Source: Entomortierella parvispora E1425 (lineage: Eukaryota > Fungi > Mortierellomycota). From it: 64,000 bases of DNA. Positions 11,779 through 25,347 of the stretch are shown one piece after another. The notes below the pieces were generated by a model that saw nothing but the letters and a program-made list of their open reading frames with translations, searched no databases and was not told the DNA's origin. The stretch spans positions 1,798,001-1,862,000 of the forward strand of contig BQFW01000006.1 of the NCBI GenBank assembly GCA_020891255.1, read 5' to 3'. Numbering within the stretch: the first letter of the stretch is position 1; every line of letters starts with the position of its first letter. A program made the translations under genes and the position numbers.

Positions 11779-12853
11779 ATGTCACGTCGCTCAACCCGCA
11801 TAGGTATTTCATTCGACTCCAAGTTTTTGTAGCGCCATGGATTGTAGAAACAAAGGTGGTGGCATCTCTAACATGTCTATCCTTCCCTCCCTGTCTGCTC
11901 AGCTACCGCTCTGGTCAAACCCGCCTCGCCCGCAACAAACCTTGCCCCAGCGGCAGCTTTGAAGACCAAGGTCGAAAAGTCTACCTCCGTGTCTGTGAAA
12001 AGGGAAAAGAATCCGGATGACGATGGTGCCTCCCCTGCTATTACCGTCGTCGTTAAGAAACAACGCGTCAAAAAGGAGCCGGCCCCCGAACCTATTGGCG
12101 ATGGTTTGACGCGATGTGTTTGGGCCGATAGCTCCAAGTATCCTCTCTTGCAACAGTATCACGACAACGAGTGGTGTATTCCTGGAGGTTTCAATCGAAC
12201 GAATCGCTACCTCTTTGAAATGCTCATCCTTGAAGGCAAGTGGGAAATATCTGTGCATGGATAGAGATACATGGGATGAGGGGCTTTTTTTTAGAGATCA
12301 ATTTTCTGACTAAACATTCCTCATTTCCTCCCTGTCGAATCGAACAGGAGCGCAAGCAGGACTCTCATGGTCCACTGTCCTTCATAAGCGAGAGGCCTAT
12401 AGAGATGCCTATGATAACTTTGACTACAATCTCATTGCTGACACTTACAAATCCCCTTCTTCCAACGAACGACTGATGCAAACTGGGATCGTCAAGAACA
12501 GACTCAAGGTTGAGGCGTCAATGGTCAATGCTCGTCTCTTCCGTGACCTCTTGAACAATGAATATCCTGATCAGGCCAAGCTCGAGGATGAGAACGGGTT
12601 TTGGCAGTTTTTACAGCAATACAAAAAACCAGAGACGCCACTCAAGGAACGACAAAAGAAAAGAAGGGAGAAGGAGGCCAGTGGGGAATATATCACGAGG
12701 AGCGAGATCTCGGATCGATTGAGTGAAGATCTCAAGAAACGTGGGTTCAAGTTTGTGGGTACGACTATCATGCATGCTTATTTGGTCGCTGTGGGCATTG
12801 AGACCGAAGATCTTCGTCATAGTAAATTATGTTACAGGTATTCAGATGAATAA
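11779..12853 (+). CDS. DNA-3-methyladenine glycosylase I (TAG family), 3 exons, second intron GC-AG
   Basis: Spliced: MSRRSTRI|ATALVKP...RCVWADSSKYPLLQQYHDNEW..LFEMLILE|GAQAGLSWSTVLHKREAYRDAYDNFD..TGIVKNRLKV..SEDLKKRGFKFVGTTIMHAY..HSKLC. All hallmark TAG motifs present, including Zn ligands (RC, YHD, H..C). Confidence 0.9.
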
Positions 12854-13004
12854 AGATCTTTCTTGATTTGTAGATACTGGTTCGTAACAAGTAGGGGGGG
12901 GGGGGGGGAATATCAAAGGCTGTGTAGCGATAATGTACATACAGAGAAGGTTCGATGTAGAAAACACCCAACCGACGACTTCCTCAATTGGGGAGGGAAG
13001 GGGT

Positions 13005-14766
<1,762 letters not shown>

Positions 14767-15141
14767 GGTGGCAACGGTATGAAGGGGAAGACAAAGGAGA
14801 AAGGGCTGGGTTGGGTGCGAAAACCAGAAACAAACAAGGGAGAAAGTGAAAGCGGCGGATGTCAGCGTGGGAGTCGAAGTGGACCGTGGGCGCAAAGCCA
14901 CCCAAAGGATCTTCATACGTAAAATTGTGGACTGTTTTTTATATTTTTATTTTGGGAGATGGTGCGACAGGCACAGGCTAGTTTACAGGTATGGTACAAA
15001 CAAAAAGTGGGGAGGTTGGGTGGGGATGTCCTAGGACATTAAAGTACAAACGATCAACGCTTGGGGATAGGATAGGATGAGATGCTAGGCATACAGAGAT
15101 TGGGAGCGAATGTGGAGGCACTGGAGTATTCCTTCGATAGG

Positions 15142-16832
15142 TTAAAGACGGAGCATCGAGGACAACGCGCGCAATTGGCGGTCATCCTCGACCCAGCGGA
15201 CTCGATCCCGAGAGATCTCCTTTGGCTCAAGCTTGGGAAGCAAGAGCGTATGTGTTGCAAGGTTGGCAAGCACAGAGAGCGAGTCTTGGTCATCTGTGGA
15301 GCCCTGGCGGTCCTTAATGTTCAGAGGTGGCAACTCGGCCAAGGCAGGGATCATGACTGGCTTGACGTCATCGACCAAAGGGAGCTCATCATCGGAAGCC
15401 CAGGAAGTGGCCGGTGAATAGGCGTTTGAAGGGGGAGTGGGAAAGGATGAAGAGGTAGCAGTGGGACTTGAGGACTTGTATCGGTGATCGCGCTGACCCT
15501 GCATGCCATTCTTGGCAATAGTGGCAGAACCCGCAAGGTTGCTGTTGGAGCGAGATCGGGATCCAACCTGCTTACCCTCCAAGGACTGGATAGGGGAATA
15601 GCGATGCTCTTTCAAACCACCTGTAGAGGAAGTAGATCCATTCCTCTGGTGGTGGTGATGGTGATGATGTGGACCCGAGACCTTTGAACGGTCATCCTCG
15701 GTGTGCTGGAAGGCACGATGGTGGGGGCGCTGTCTGGCACGGGGAGCCATTGGGGGAGAAGGGCTATTGTGGCTGGCAGCGTGGTGTGAGCTGTGGTCTC
15801 CACCATGGCCCGAGGTCTCGGGGTAGATGCCCTTAGGGACGACCACTTCGGAGAAGCGAGGATCTTGAGATGGAGTGTTACGAAGACGCTCGGAGCGCAC
15901 GTCCATGTTGGTGTAGTACGAGATAAGATGGAGCTTTTGGTTGTCCGAGGTCGTGATGCTGAAGGACTGCTTCAGAAGACCATCGGGTCGGTATACATTC
16001 TTGCCAGTGTGGTTTCCCTGGCTGTCATCGAGCTCGCGATAAGTGAGGAAGCTGCCAGTGACACGGCTAGGACTCCAGCTCTTGCCGTCGGTCCAACGAC
16101 GCATGCCGGCTTCACGCTCATCAAAGCAGTAGACGGAGCCAGAGCGGACGGACTGGCGCTCAATGTCTGAAAGACGACGGTGAACGCGCGAGACAAGGCC
16201 AATTCTGCAGGCTGTGAGGGAAGTGAATGACGCGAAGGAAGGAGGTAAAATGGTTAGTTTTCTTGTTCTTTTTTTATTGCACAGAAGAGCAACGAGAAAA
16301 AAAATTGTGAAGAAAGGAAGGGGAAGGGGGTTGATAATGATGATGATACGGTGCATTTGATTGTATCCCAAGCGGGGGGCTGGGTTGAGGCGCGCAACGA
16401 GGCTGAGGCCGAAGACCCCTTCGGCGATTGCGCAAAAGTCAAAGCAAAGAAAGGAGGGGAGGAAAGAGAGTGTGTGGGCTGTGACCATAGGAGCAAGGGA
16501 CGCCATGCAAATGCGGTTGGCTGAATGTGGGATTGGGAGTGCAAGGCAGAAAGATATATCCTGTCCTCTCTTTTTTTAAGCTTGTTGCTAGGGGAGAGCG
16601 ATCGCTCGCAAGAGTGCGTGTCCTCTGCGCGCTGCGCCAGAGATCATGGCAACCACTGCAAGCGATCACTGTCACCCTTTGGACCCTCTGCCCAAGGCTC
16701 AGCCTTTTGTTTGCGCACTCAAAAAGAAGCACTGCCATATCAGGAAGAGTCGAACTTGCCTTCAAAGATGATCAAGGCGTCGTGAGGAGTTTTGATCAGA
16801 CCAAAGTAGGTCTCCATCGAGTTGTGGTCCAT
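15142..16832 (-). CDS. Gti1/Pac2 (WOPR-family) transcriptional regulator, Pac2-like, 2 exons with a GC-AG intron
   Basis: METYFGLIKTPHDALIIFE|ACRIG..RRLSDIERQSVRSGSVYCFDEREAGMRRWTDGKSWSPSRVTGSFLTYRE and LLKQSFSITT..LHLISYY (two-lobed WOPR domain); His/Ser-rich C-terminus. Confidence 0.92.
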
Positions 16833-19800
16833 GGCGGAGGGTATGGTGCGGTATTGCTGCGTGTTTGAAGGGGAGAAGAGGGTAGGATGTGGTGTGTGTG
16901 GAAAAAAGCGAGAGAGTGTGAAGGTGGTCGTCGGGACGTTCTTTTTTGACTGCTCAGTCGAGGCGAGGTGATGGATTGAGTTTGAGGGTCGACAACCGAG
17001 AGTCAGGAGTGGAGGATGGAGACAAAGGTAGAGTGGAGAGAGGGGGGAGAGGATGCTGAAGAGTACAGTAGAGAGAGTGGAGAGAAAGAGAGCGAGAGAG
17101 AGGATAAAAAGAGTAAGAGCGAGGTGAGGGAAATAACAAACGAGAGAAGAAATGAGATAGAGGGCAAAGAGAGGAAGGAAGGAAGAACCGACTGTGCAGG
17201 CCGTCCTATTTATTGACACGATCAGGATTGGGTCTGTCTCCCAGCGGGTAGTGCGCTCCATGATCTACGCCGTGTAACGAGCGGGTGCGGTCATCAAGGA
17301 GATGTCTCGTCCTGTGGGTCCAATGACCCAATTCCATGCCGGCAATCTCACAGAATACATGCGAAAGAATAAGAATGGAACCTGAATAAGCAAAAGCGTC
17401 ATTCTTCGATTCAATTCAATCGGATTTGAAATGCAATCAATGAGCGACTGAATCGCTCTCTTCTCCCCTTTCTACTCTAAATAAGCATTTTTCTTGTTTG
17501 CCGCCGGCCGCGGTTTATCCTGGATGGCCGCTGTTCAACTCGTTTTTGCTTCCTGTCGGTTGTCTCTCGCGCCCCGATTGCCGTGCTCGCTCCCTGCTCT
17601 AACCTTTTGTGCGCTTTTTTTATTTTCCTCACTGCCGCTCCGTCCACCTTCCCCACCGCCACCCCTAGAATCAGCCCTCCTTTCGGGCCAGTGTCTGGAT
17701 CAATGGCGATGCAAGAAAAGAAGAGAAGGAAAGCGAGAAGAATGATATCGTCATGCAAACAAAGCTGAGAGAGACTCGTTGTGCTGTCCCTTCCCTTCCC
17801 TCTCCTCTCTTTTTCTCTCTCTCTTTGATCAGACGCAATTGAGATCCACAGACCTTCAAAACAGAAGAATTAATGCGAAAATGACAAAGGGGGCGGCAAT
17901 TGCTCGATCAGGAGCATGGAGGAGGAGAGGGTGCACCGGCAGAAGGATGAAAAGGTAGTATTTTTTTCGTGCTAGACCATCATGTCGTAAAAATCAGTGA
18001 CGACGGAACAAAGGTCCCCGAAGGTAATTATTCCCTCGCAAGAAGTGTGTAATCGTTTTCCCCTTTGCAAACCACGCCAACACCGAAGCAGTAAAAAAGA
18101 AGAGGCGACGAAACAGGCACCGCACAATAAGATGCCGATGGCTTCCAAAAGGAGAATAAAAAAGCAAGAAAAAAAAACTTAATGTCCCAGCTCACCGCGA
18201 CAACCTTGTAATCGGGAGAGTGGAGGAGGAGGCCAAAGTGAAAAAAGCAACTCCCAGGAACTCAACTCTCAAGGAGGGATGGGAAAAGCCCATAAGCAAC
18301 TCTGGCACTGAAGTGCGGTTGTATATTTCATTCCACCGTTGTAATATTAGAGAGCTCTTCTCCTGCCGTCCCCAGCTCATTTTCTGTCAGAATCGGCTAG
18401 CCTTTCGCCGTACAATTGCTGCGACACCATTCATATGGCCACCCACCCACCCAAGTCATCCTTTACTGCCGCTTGGTCTGCATTTCTTTCTTTGACCCAT
18501 GATGGTCTGTCTTGTCAGTTGTCAAAGGTGTGTTCGTTTGTGCGTATGTCTATGTTGCTGTAGATGATGGTTGTGATCTCAATATTGCTTTACGTAACCG
18601 CGCAGAACCCTGGGTAACCAGACTGGAAAGTGATATCCAAATAAGAAAAAAAAATGTTGAGAAACCTGCCACTCCACCTTTTCCTCCCAATGATCTACTG
18701 GAATGGATCGAGCGGAAAGATAAAAAGAATCTGTCTTGGGTTTAGTAGAGGGAACTATGGAATAACATGCCGGCCGTGAACCGTGGCGATGTACACCATG
18801 TTCGGTACACATGGCCCCTTCTCCCAAAGACCAACAGGTTTAATAAAATTTGTATTTTTGGTTTTCAGCCCTTCAGGGCTTATCATGACAATAATTCACA
18901 ACAACAACAATGTCTCTGATGGGAACCGGGGATCAACTATGTAGTCACGAAAGTCAAAAGTCCAACTCTGAACCATGCCGGAGAACAATTGATCCAATGA
19001 TCCAATGAGCTACACTAAACTTCGGTCAAGGTCTGAGCTTTTTGCCATCCTTCTTCCGAAAATGTACTGTATAGGAAAGTGGAGAAAGAAAACCAAAAAA
19101 ATCGTGAACAGCCAAAACGATGCGGCCACACAGCAAACTTTCATGCCATGCTGTGTGCGGAGAGGATGACCTGTTCCACTCGGTGATCATGTTCTTCCTG
19201 GTTCTTTCTTTTTTTTTTTGAAAAGGAGTTACGACAGACTCATATAACTTGCCCTAGCACAGCTTCTCGGATTCTCGGAAATCTTTCTCAATGATCAAGA
19301 TGGCAAAGAAAGGTCCTTTAGTTCAACTTTGCGCTTCGCCATTGAGATGCTCTTGATCCCGTCTCTTCCGGGATGTTTGGGATAAGAGTGCAACCGTTTA
19401 CGTCAAGAAAGGCGCCGAATTCCGAGATCGAGGTGATAGTTTGACCATCCCCGTTCCTTCCGTCTGGGCAAGACATGACGCTCCCGTTGGCTTTTGTTTC
19501 TCATCTTGGTTGACAGGGAACAACAAGAACGCAAAATTGAGCTGTCACCACACCCTCCAATGACAGCCACGGCGCAAAAAAAAAAAAATAAGAATGTCGA
19601 GAGCGGCCTTCCGGTTGGTTGGCAGAGTGTTTATCCGCATCTCGCTCTTCTTTAACCCTTTTTCCCTTCTTCCCTGTGCGAGGGCCAACAGAAACAAGAA
19701 TGTCGACACAGATCACCGAAAAGGTACCGAGTATCAGCCTTTGCCCTGCAGCCTGCTGGCCCACTCACTCTACCTTTTTGTTACATATATGTAACTTCTC

Positions 19801-20649
19801 TCTGTCTTATCTGGCGTGATGGTTCAGTCAAATCGAACCCACGTACACTAGAAACAGAATATGACGATGGTTTGTGTCAACGAAACAGTACCTGCATTCA
19901 CTATTCCACCTCACCTTATCAATCTCGGTATATCAAAGAACTCCTTCTCCACACCTTTTCACCTTTCTCTACAGTCCTTTTTTTTTGGTGGAGTCTTGGC
20001 TGTGGCTCTAATAATAAGGCACCAGTTACAAAGTTCCGGAAGTCCAGTTTCTTTTTGCCCAAGGGAACAACTTTTTCGAACAATCTCCGGATGGTCTCCT
20101 TTCGCCCCCTTTTTCAGCTCCCTTCTTTGTCCAACAGCCCAACGACCACACAAACCAATTACACAAGTCAAGCAGCCCGTCCAAAAAATGAACAAGGCGG
20201 TGTAACTTGTTTCTTATTCTGTGCTTTTTTTCAAGTTTTAAACACGATTGTGTCCACCTCGTTGTTAATTGTCATCCCACTCTTCGGCACAGCGTAGGTT
20301 CATTTCCCTGTTGCCGTACGTGAACGGGAGGATTGACTCCTGACGATGACGGTGACCCTCGGCTCTCTGGAATGGCCGCTTTTTTTTACTTGGCTTGACT
20401 TGACACAGGGTGAGTCCAGCAGGTCAGGACTCACCCTGTGTCCGGTCTGCATCTGTCGGTTTTCTGCCTTTGATCGGTAATTAGAAGCCGAAGGCAAATA
20501 TGGTTGAGCGCGAGCGCAGCAACGTGCTTGTGTGGCCTATCCGCTTGCCCCATTCGCCTCCGATTCACCATGCTATTAAAAGATAACAAAGTGAGTGCAA
20601 AAAAAAAAAATAAGAATGCTGGAAAAAATTCGCGCGGCTGCACATTCAG

Positions 20650-20685
20650 GCGGGGTGAGCGGGGTGAGCGGGGTGAGCGGGGTCA
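20650..20685 (+). repeat. Tandem 9-mer (GCGGGGTGA)x3 plus GCGGGGTCA; canonical G-quadruplex pattern
   Basis: gcggggtga gcggggtga gcggggtga gcggggtca read directly: four G4 runs with 5-nt loops. Confidence 0.85.
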
Positions 20686-23655
20686 ACTTAAGCCGAGCCT
20701 CCCCCTGCCTTTACTCTACATGTTGCTGGAACCTACTGTGTACTCGATTTCTGCTATAGGGGGGCAATTGATCAAGATCGCCGGGCTCCTCGACCTCTTC
20801 ACCCCCACTCCTACTCCTCACACTCCCTTCATCCCGCGCAGCAACATGATTTCATGACATCTTATTCTGTTCGCTGTTGACGGCTCGTGTGTTTTGTTTA
20901 GGCGCACGCGCATGGATGAGTATGTGTTTGTGTAAATATGAGCGCGTAAACGTTTTACTCAGAGAGAGGACCCTTGCCTTTACGGATTTCCATTTTTGTA
21001 TGTTGCGCAGGGATCGGTCAAAGGGATCACCCTTTTTCTCCCTGTACTCTCTTTTTCTAATCTCTCGATATCTCGCATGCCAGAAAAAACGTGATCCTCG
21101 GATCCTATTCCCCCATCGCCGCTTACTCCCTCTCCTGGGCTCTAACAAGTCTGGCTCTACTGCATGTTCATTATCAGTTTACTCATCTTCACATTCGATC
21201 ACTACCGGGGGAGGTGTCACGTCACCACTCGGTACATCGAACCTTTTCTTCAGCCGACCGGCTCCTTTCCCTGGTTCGTCATTGAATCTGGACCAGTTGG
21301 GTGAATAAAGAGGCGGTTAAAAAAAAAAACGTGGTAATAATAATTTGAGAGTCGAAACCCCGACCGATATCATTTTGGTTTTGCTCGACTCGCGTGGTAT
21401 TGGATTTCCCATATATCCCGCGGACAAACATCAGCTATTGCTAGTGCCAATGGCCAGAGAAGGTGGGGCAGGCAAAGAGGCGCAATGGGCAGCGTCAATT
21501 GCTTGTCGGTCTTGGTCCCTGTCTTTATTATTTTGTTGCACAGCATTTTTTTTTTTTTTTTTTTTTTTTGAATCGCATGAAATGAACCAAGTGAAACATG
21601 AAAACTCTCGAAATATCTCCAGATCCCCCCTTCCCCTCCAACCCACTTCTCAATTTTTGAGACAGGCGGGGGCTGTTACCTCAGCCACAATCCGTGGACT
21701 AGAGATCGGGGGCCAAAATGACAACAGCTCGACTGTCAATCTCATCTTCCTATCAAATGCCCAGGGCGATTGATCACTGAGGGCAAGTTGTCGAGAGAAG
21801 TAAAAGAAATGTGTGCGTGTGTACGTAAAAGACGTGGTACCTCCCGTGTCGAGTCAGTCACCAGATAGCCCCGGACCTGGCGAAATTTGAGCGTCATTTT
21901 GAATTGCGTCAGGCCCTACGTCGAGCACACTACGTAAAATTGCCATGAGAGATAAACTGAGAGCGAGGGGGACCAGAGCTGGTTGGGAGTGGGGCTCATA
22001 GGTAAGGTAGAAATAGTTGAACCGGTCAATTCAGCAGGACTCGAGCAATTGATGAAGAGGGGATAATACCAAAGTATGAAGAAGACGTAGGGAGTTATAA
22101 TGCATGGTCACCTAGGATAGTCTGTCTCCGAAAGGTCCGGTCAGGGTGAATGCCGATTAGCCCCAGTTTTATCCGAGAATGGACATTGAGAGCCTCCCAT
22201 GGGCGATTGTCTAATATGTCCTCTAGACCTACCACCACGGAGATGAGGAATGTGCAACTCAACGCGCTGATACCTGAGAGTGCCTGCACTGCTCTTTCCT
22301 ACCAGCCTATCCTAGATAGAGAAAGAGAGAGATTTCCAGATCATCTCTCATCTTCTTTTTGTGAAAAAAAAGAGATCACCGGGCCAAGCTGTGCAGATGT
22401 GTACCGTCCAGGACGCTAGAAATGCCCTTTGAGTCATTTTTTCTCGGATCTGTTGTCCCCTCAAACAATTTTTTCTCTAACGCTGCATGATCTGCATGCC
22501 GACCGACATGTCACCCGAGGGAATAACAGTTTGATGGGCCATTGGACGGGGTGCAAGGGAAAAACTTTGACAACTCCGCACAGCGAGATGAGGAAATGCA
22601 TGGTATCCCCCCAAAAAAAAGTGCCTCAAACGCGCAGCAAACATTGTATTGTTACACCGGGTGAATCAGCTCTTGCGAGAAAAGTAAGAGAGCGCTATCA
22701 CCGACCTTGATAATTTTTCCACGCCAGTCTATGGAAGATGCCAGGTTGCGAGTTGTCAAAAGTCAAGAGGTTGGCAAAATCAACAACAGCAGCAGCTCCA
22801 AACAACCTTTGGCCCTTACGATTTGGGGTCAGAGAACCGTTTTTTTTTTCAGGCTGTACCAGCAGTACGAACAAGGAGAAACAGTCATCGCTGAGCAGAT
22901 GACCACAGCCCGGGCCTTATCGGATTGGCAGCATGGACAAAGAAAGTCCCAGGGCCTGGATGAAGGCTCTCAAATAGAGATGGATCATGGCTGTCTCGAC
23001 ACACTCTCGTGAAAGGAGGGAATTGTTTACATGTCCTCTGACCCAGTTCCCAAAAAGGAATTTTTTTTCCGAACTCGGGATAGAGTTTTGCGCTGGTCTT
23101 TTGGGGAAGAAGTGCACCAATCGTGGCCTTCTCATTGTGTCTGAGCTCATTGCTCTCGTTGCTGGGCATCGTTGTTGCTGATGAGATTGTTGACAGGGAT
23201 GGGGTGGACAAGGTACAGTAGATGCCCAGCCAAACCAAAAGCTGTCGATTTGATCGCTGCTGTTGCCGCTGTGGTCTGTCAGGGCCAGACACAAAGTCTC
23301 GCTTATTTTCGACGTGAGCTAATGGAAAGAAGGGGAGTTGCTGCAGTCATGGGGCTATTGTTTGAACCAGAGACAACATTCATCTTCTCTCCGGCACTGA
23401 TGTGCTCATATTCAATTGCCGCAGTCTTGTCGCTCCCTCTCTCACTCTGCCTCACCGCACATGTTGTTTGTGTACAGTGCACAGAAGGCGAAACTTTTGC
23501 TTTACGAACGTTGTTTTAATGGTTCATTTTAATGACAAATGTTAAGAGAAAGACTATGCTACAGGGTCGAGGAATGAGAAAGAGAATCAACCACTACGAG
23601 TGAGAGGTGAAAAGGGATATCTTGGAAGGGGAATAGACCTGGTGAGGCGAGATGC

Positions 23656-24695
23656 TTAAGCAGGGGAGTGCTTCAACAAGTTCTGGTCCCAGAGGTACAC
23701 TAAAAGAGGCGGAGCATCGGAGAAAATGAGAAGAGATGGAAGGGTCAGTCGAAGATCAACAGCATCACTTTTTCAAACCCCCTCCGAACATGCATGAGCG
23801 CCATTGATAACACAAACTAAATAAAAAAACTTACATCCAAGACCATCACCACCAACGCGGTTGAGCTGGGTAACAAGGTCAGCAATCTTCTTGATGGCCT
23901 CAACCTGTTCCTCAAGGTACTCGGACTCGATGAAATCGCACAACTGAGGGTCGTTGTTTTCCTCGGCAACCTTGTGGAGGTTAAGCAAGCTCTTGTTGAC
24001 ATCTAATAGATAAGGGCAAGGTCTGGGTCAGCGCACTTGCATGGATGGCGCGATACTTTTTTTTTGTTGTTTTGGCTCTCTGAACTTTAAATCTCGGAGA
24101 TGTTGCTCGTAAAAATGGAGCCCTTAATAGTGCGCATGCTCCTCTTTGTGTTCAGTGTATTGCACCACAAGGCTGGGAGTTGCCACGGCAAAGGAGATGA
24201 AATGACAGGGGGAAAACGGCGACACGAAGAGTACACACATGGGGGTAAACAAAAAACAAAACTGGAATTGCATAACATACCCTTCTCGAGCTGAAGAGTC
24301 GACTCGATGGCGTTGCGGGCCGAGGACCAGTCGGCCTCGGGAGCCTGGAGCGTCTGGAGGATGACCTTGCCACCACGACGGTTCTGGTAATCGATCAACT
24401 TCTGAGCGTGCTCACGCTCCTCCTCGGCGCTCTCCTTGAAGAACTTCTCGAGACCGGGAAGGGCCTGGTTGACGTGGCCAGCCCAGGCTGACAAGGAGAG
24501 GTAGACCTGAGAAGCCTGGAGCTCCTGGCTGATCTGTAGTGCGCAAGAGGACAAAGGGAGTGAAGGTCAACATGACGTCCAAATGACGATAACAAGTGCA
24601 CAGCAGACGCAGGGGTAAGGACAGAAGGGATGGTATACCTGGTGGTTGATGGCTTCCTCAGAGGCGGAAGAGAAGTTTTGCTTGGCCAAAGACAT
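23656..24695 (-). CDS. Ferritin (H-type), 4 exons
   Basis: [19 protein letters not shown]|[53 protein letters not shown]|[46 protein letters not shown]|[14 protein letters not shown]. Ferroxidase-type E/H/Q motifs visible. Confidence 0.95.
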
Positions 24696-24987
24696 GGTGA
24701 TATGTGTGTGTAAGGGTGTTGAGGGGGGTTGGGGAGGTTGTGGAAGAGTGGGGAATGGGGTGGAGTGTAATAAGGAAGAAGAAAGAAGAAAAAAGAAAAG
24801 AGAGAAAAAGGAAAGAGAGCTCCGAGGATGGCGCCTTTTATCTTGTCCGAAGGCAAGTGTGGCATCATCGGACCGCGAAAGCTCGGTCAGAACCTTGTCG
24901 ACAAAAGTGTGTCGGAAGGACAACCCTGCGCCCGCGAGATCTGTCCATTCTACACCCTTAACGAATTTAACGTGACCTCGAGCTGAT

Positions 24988-25009
24988 CACATGATATGTA
25001 TATCACGTG
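24988..25009. promoter_or_regulatory. Near-perfect inverted repeat CACATGATAT-GT-ATATCACGTG in the ferritin/TBC divergent promoter
   Basis: 10-bp arms with one mismatch; contains TGATA/TATCA and CACGTG cores; ~300 nt from both ATGs. Confidence 0.5.
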
Positions 25010-25347
25010 CACGACGGCATGCTCCATGGATTTTCGAACTCTAACCAAGAAAAAGAGGGGCTTGCCCCGCACGGCATGTCTGATGTCTCCAGGTGACAGC
25101 ACGTCGACTTGGGCAAACACCCCTTTGTTGGCCACCAAGGAGGACCCTTTTTGAACTTCAAACAAAATGCGCATGGTGACATGGTGGTCAGCAACAACAA
25201 AACAGCGCTCGGGCACACAGAGGTTCTTCTCTTCTTTGTTTCTCCTTCCCACTTTTGACACACCTTCACCCTTGCCTCCCTCCCACTCCACCCCACCTCC
25301 AACACACCGATTGTGCGCGTAGAGCGAATGAGTGCGAGCACGACAAT

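Noticed and set aside
12236-12476. Apparent frameshift or pseudogenisation of the glycosylase
   Set aside because: Fully explained by a GC-AG intron that restores the conserved frame.
19140-23520. Short ORFs (60-140 aa) in the WOPR upstream region as small genes or transposon remnants
   Set aside because: No codon bias, domain motifs, terminal repeats, target-site duplications or RT/transposase signatures seen.
24696-24960. Iron-responsive element upstream of ferritin
   Set aside because: No CAGTG on the coding strand (no CACTG on +) in this interval, and no IRE-like stem.
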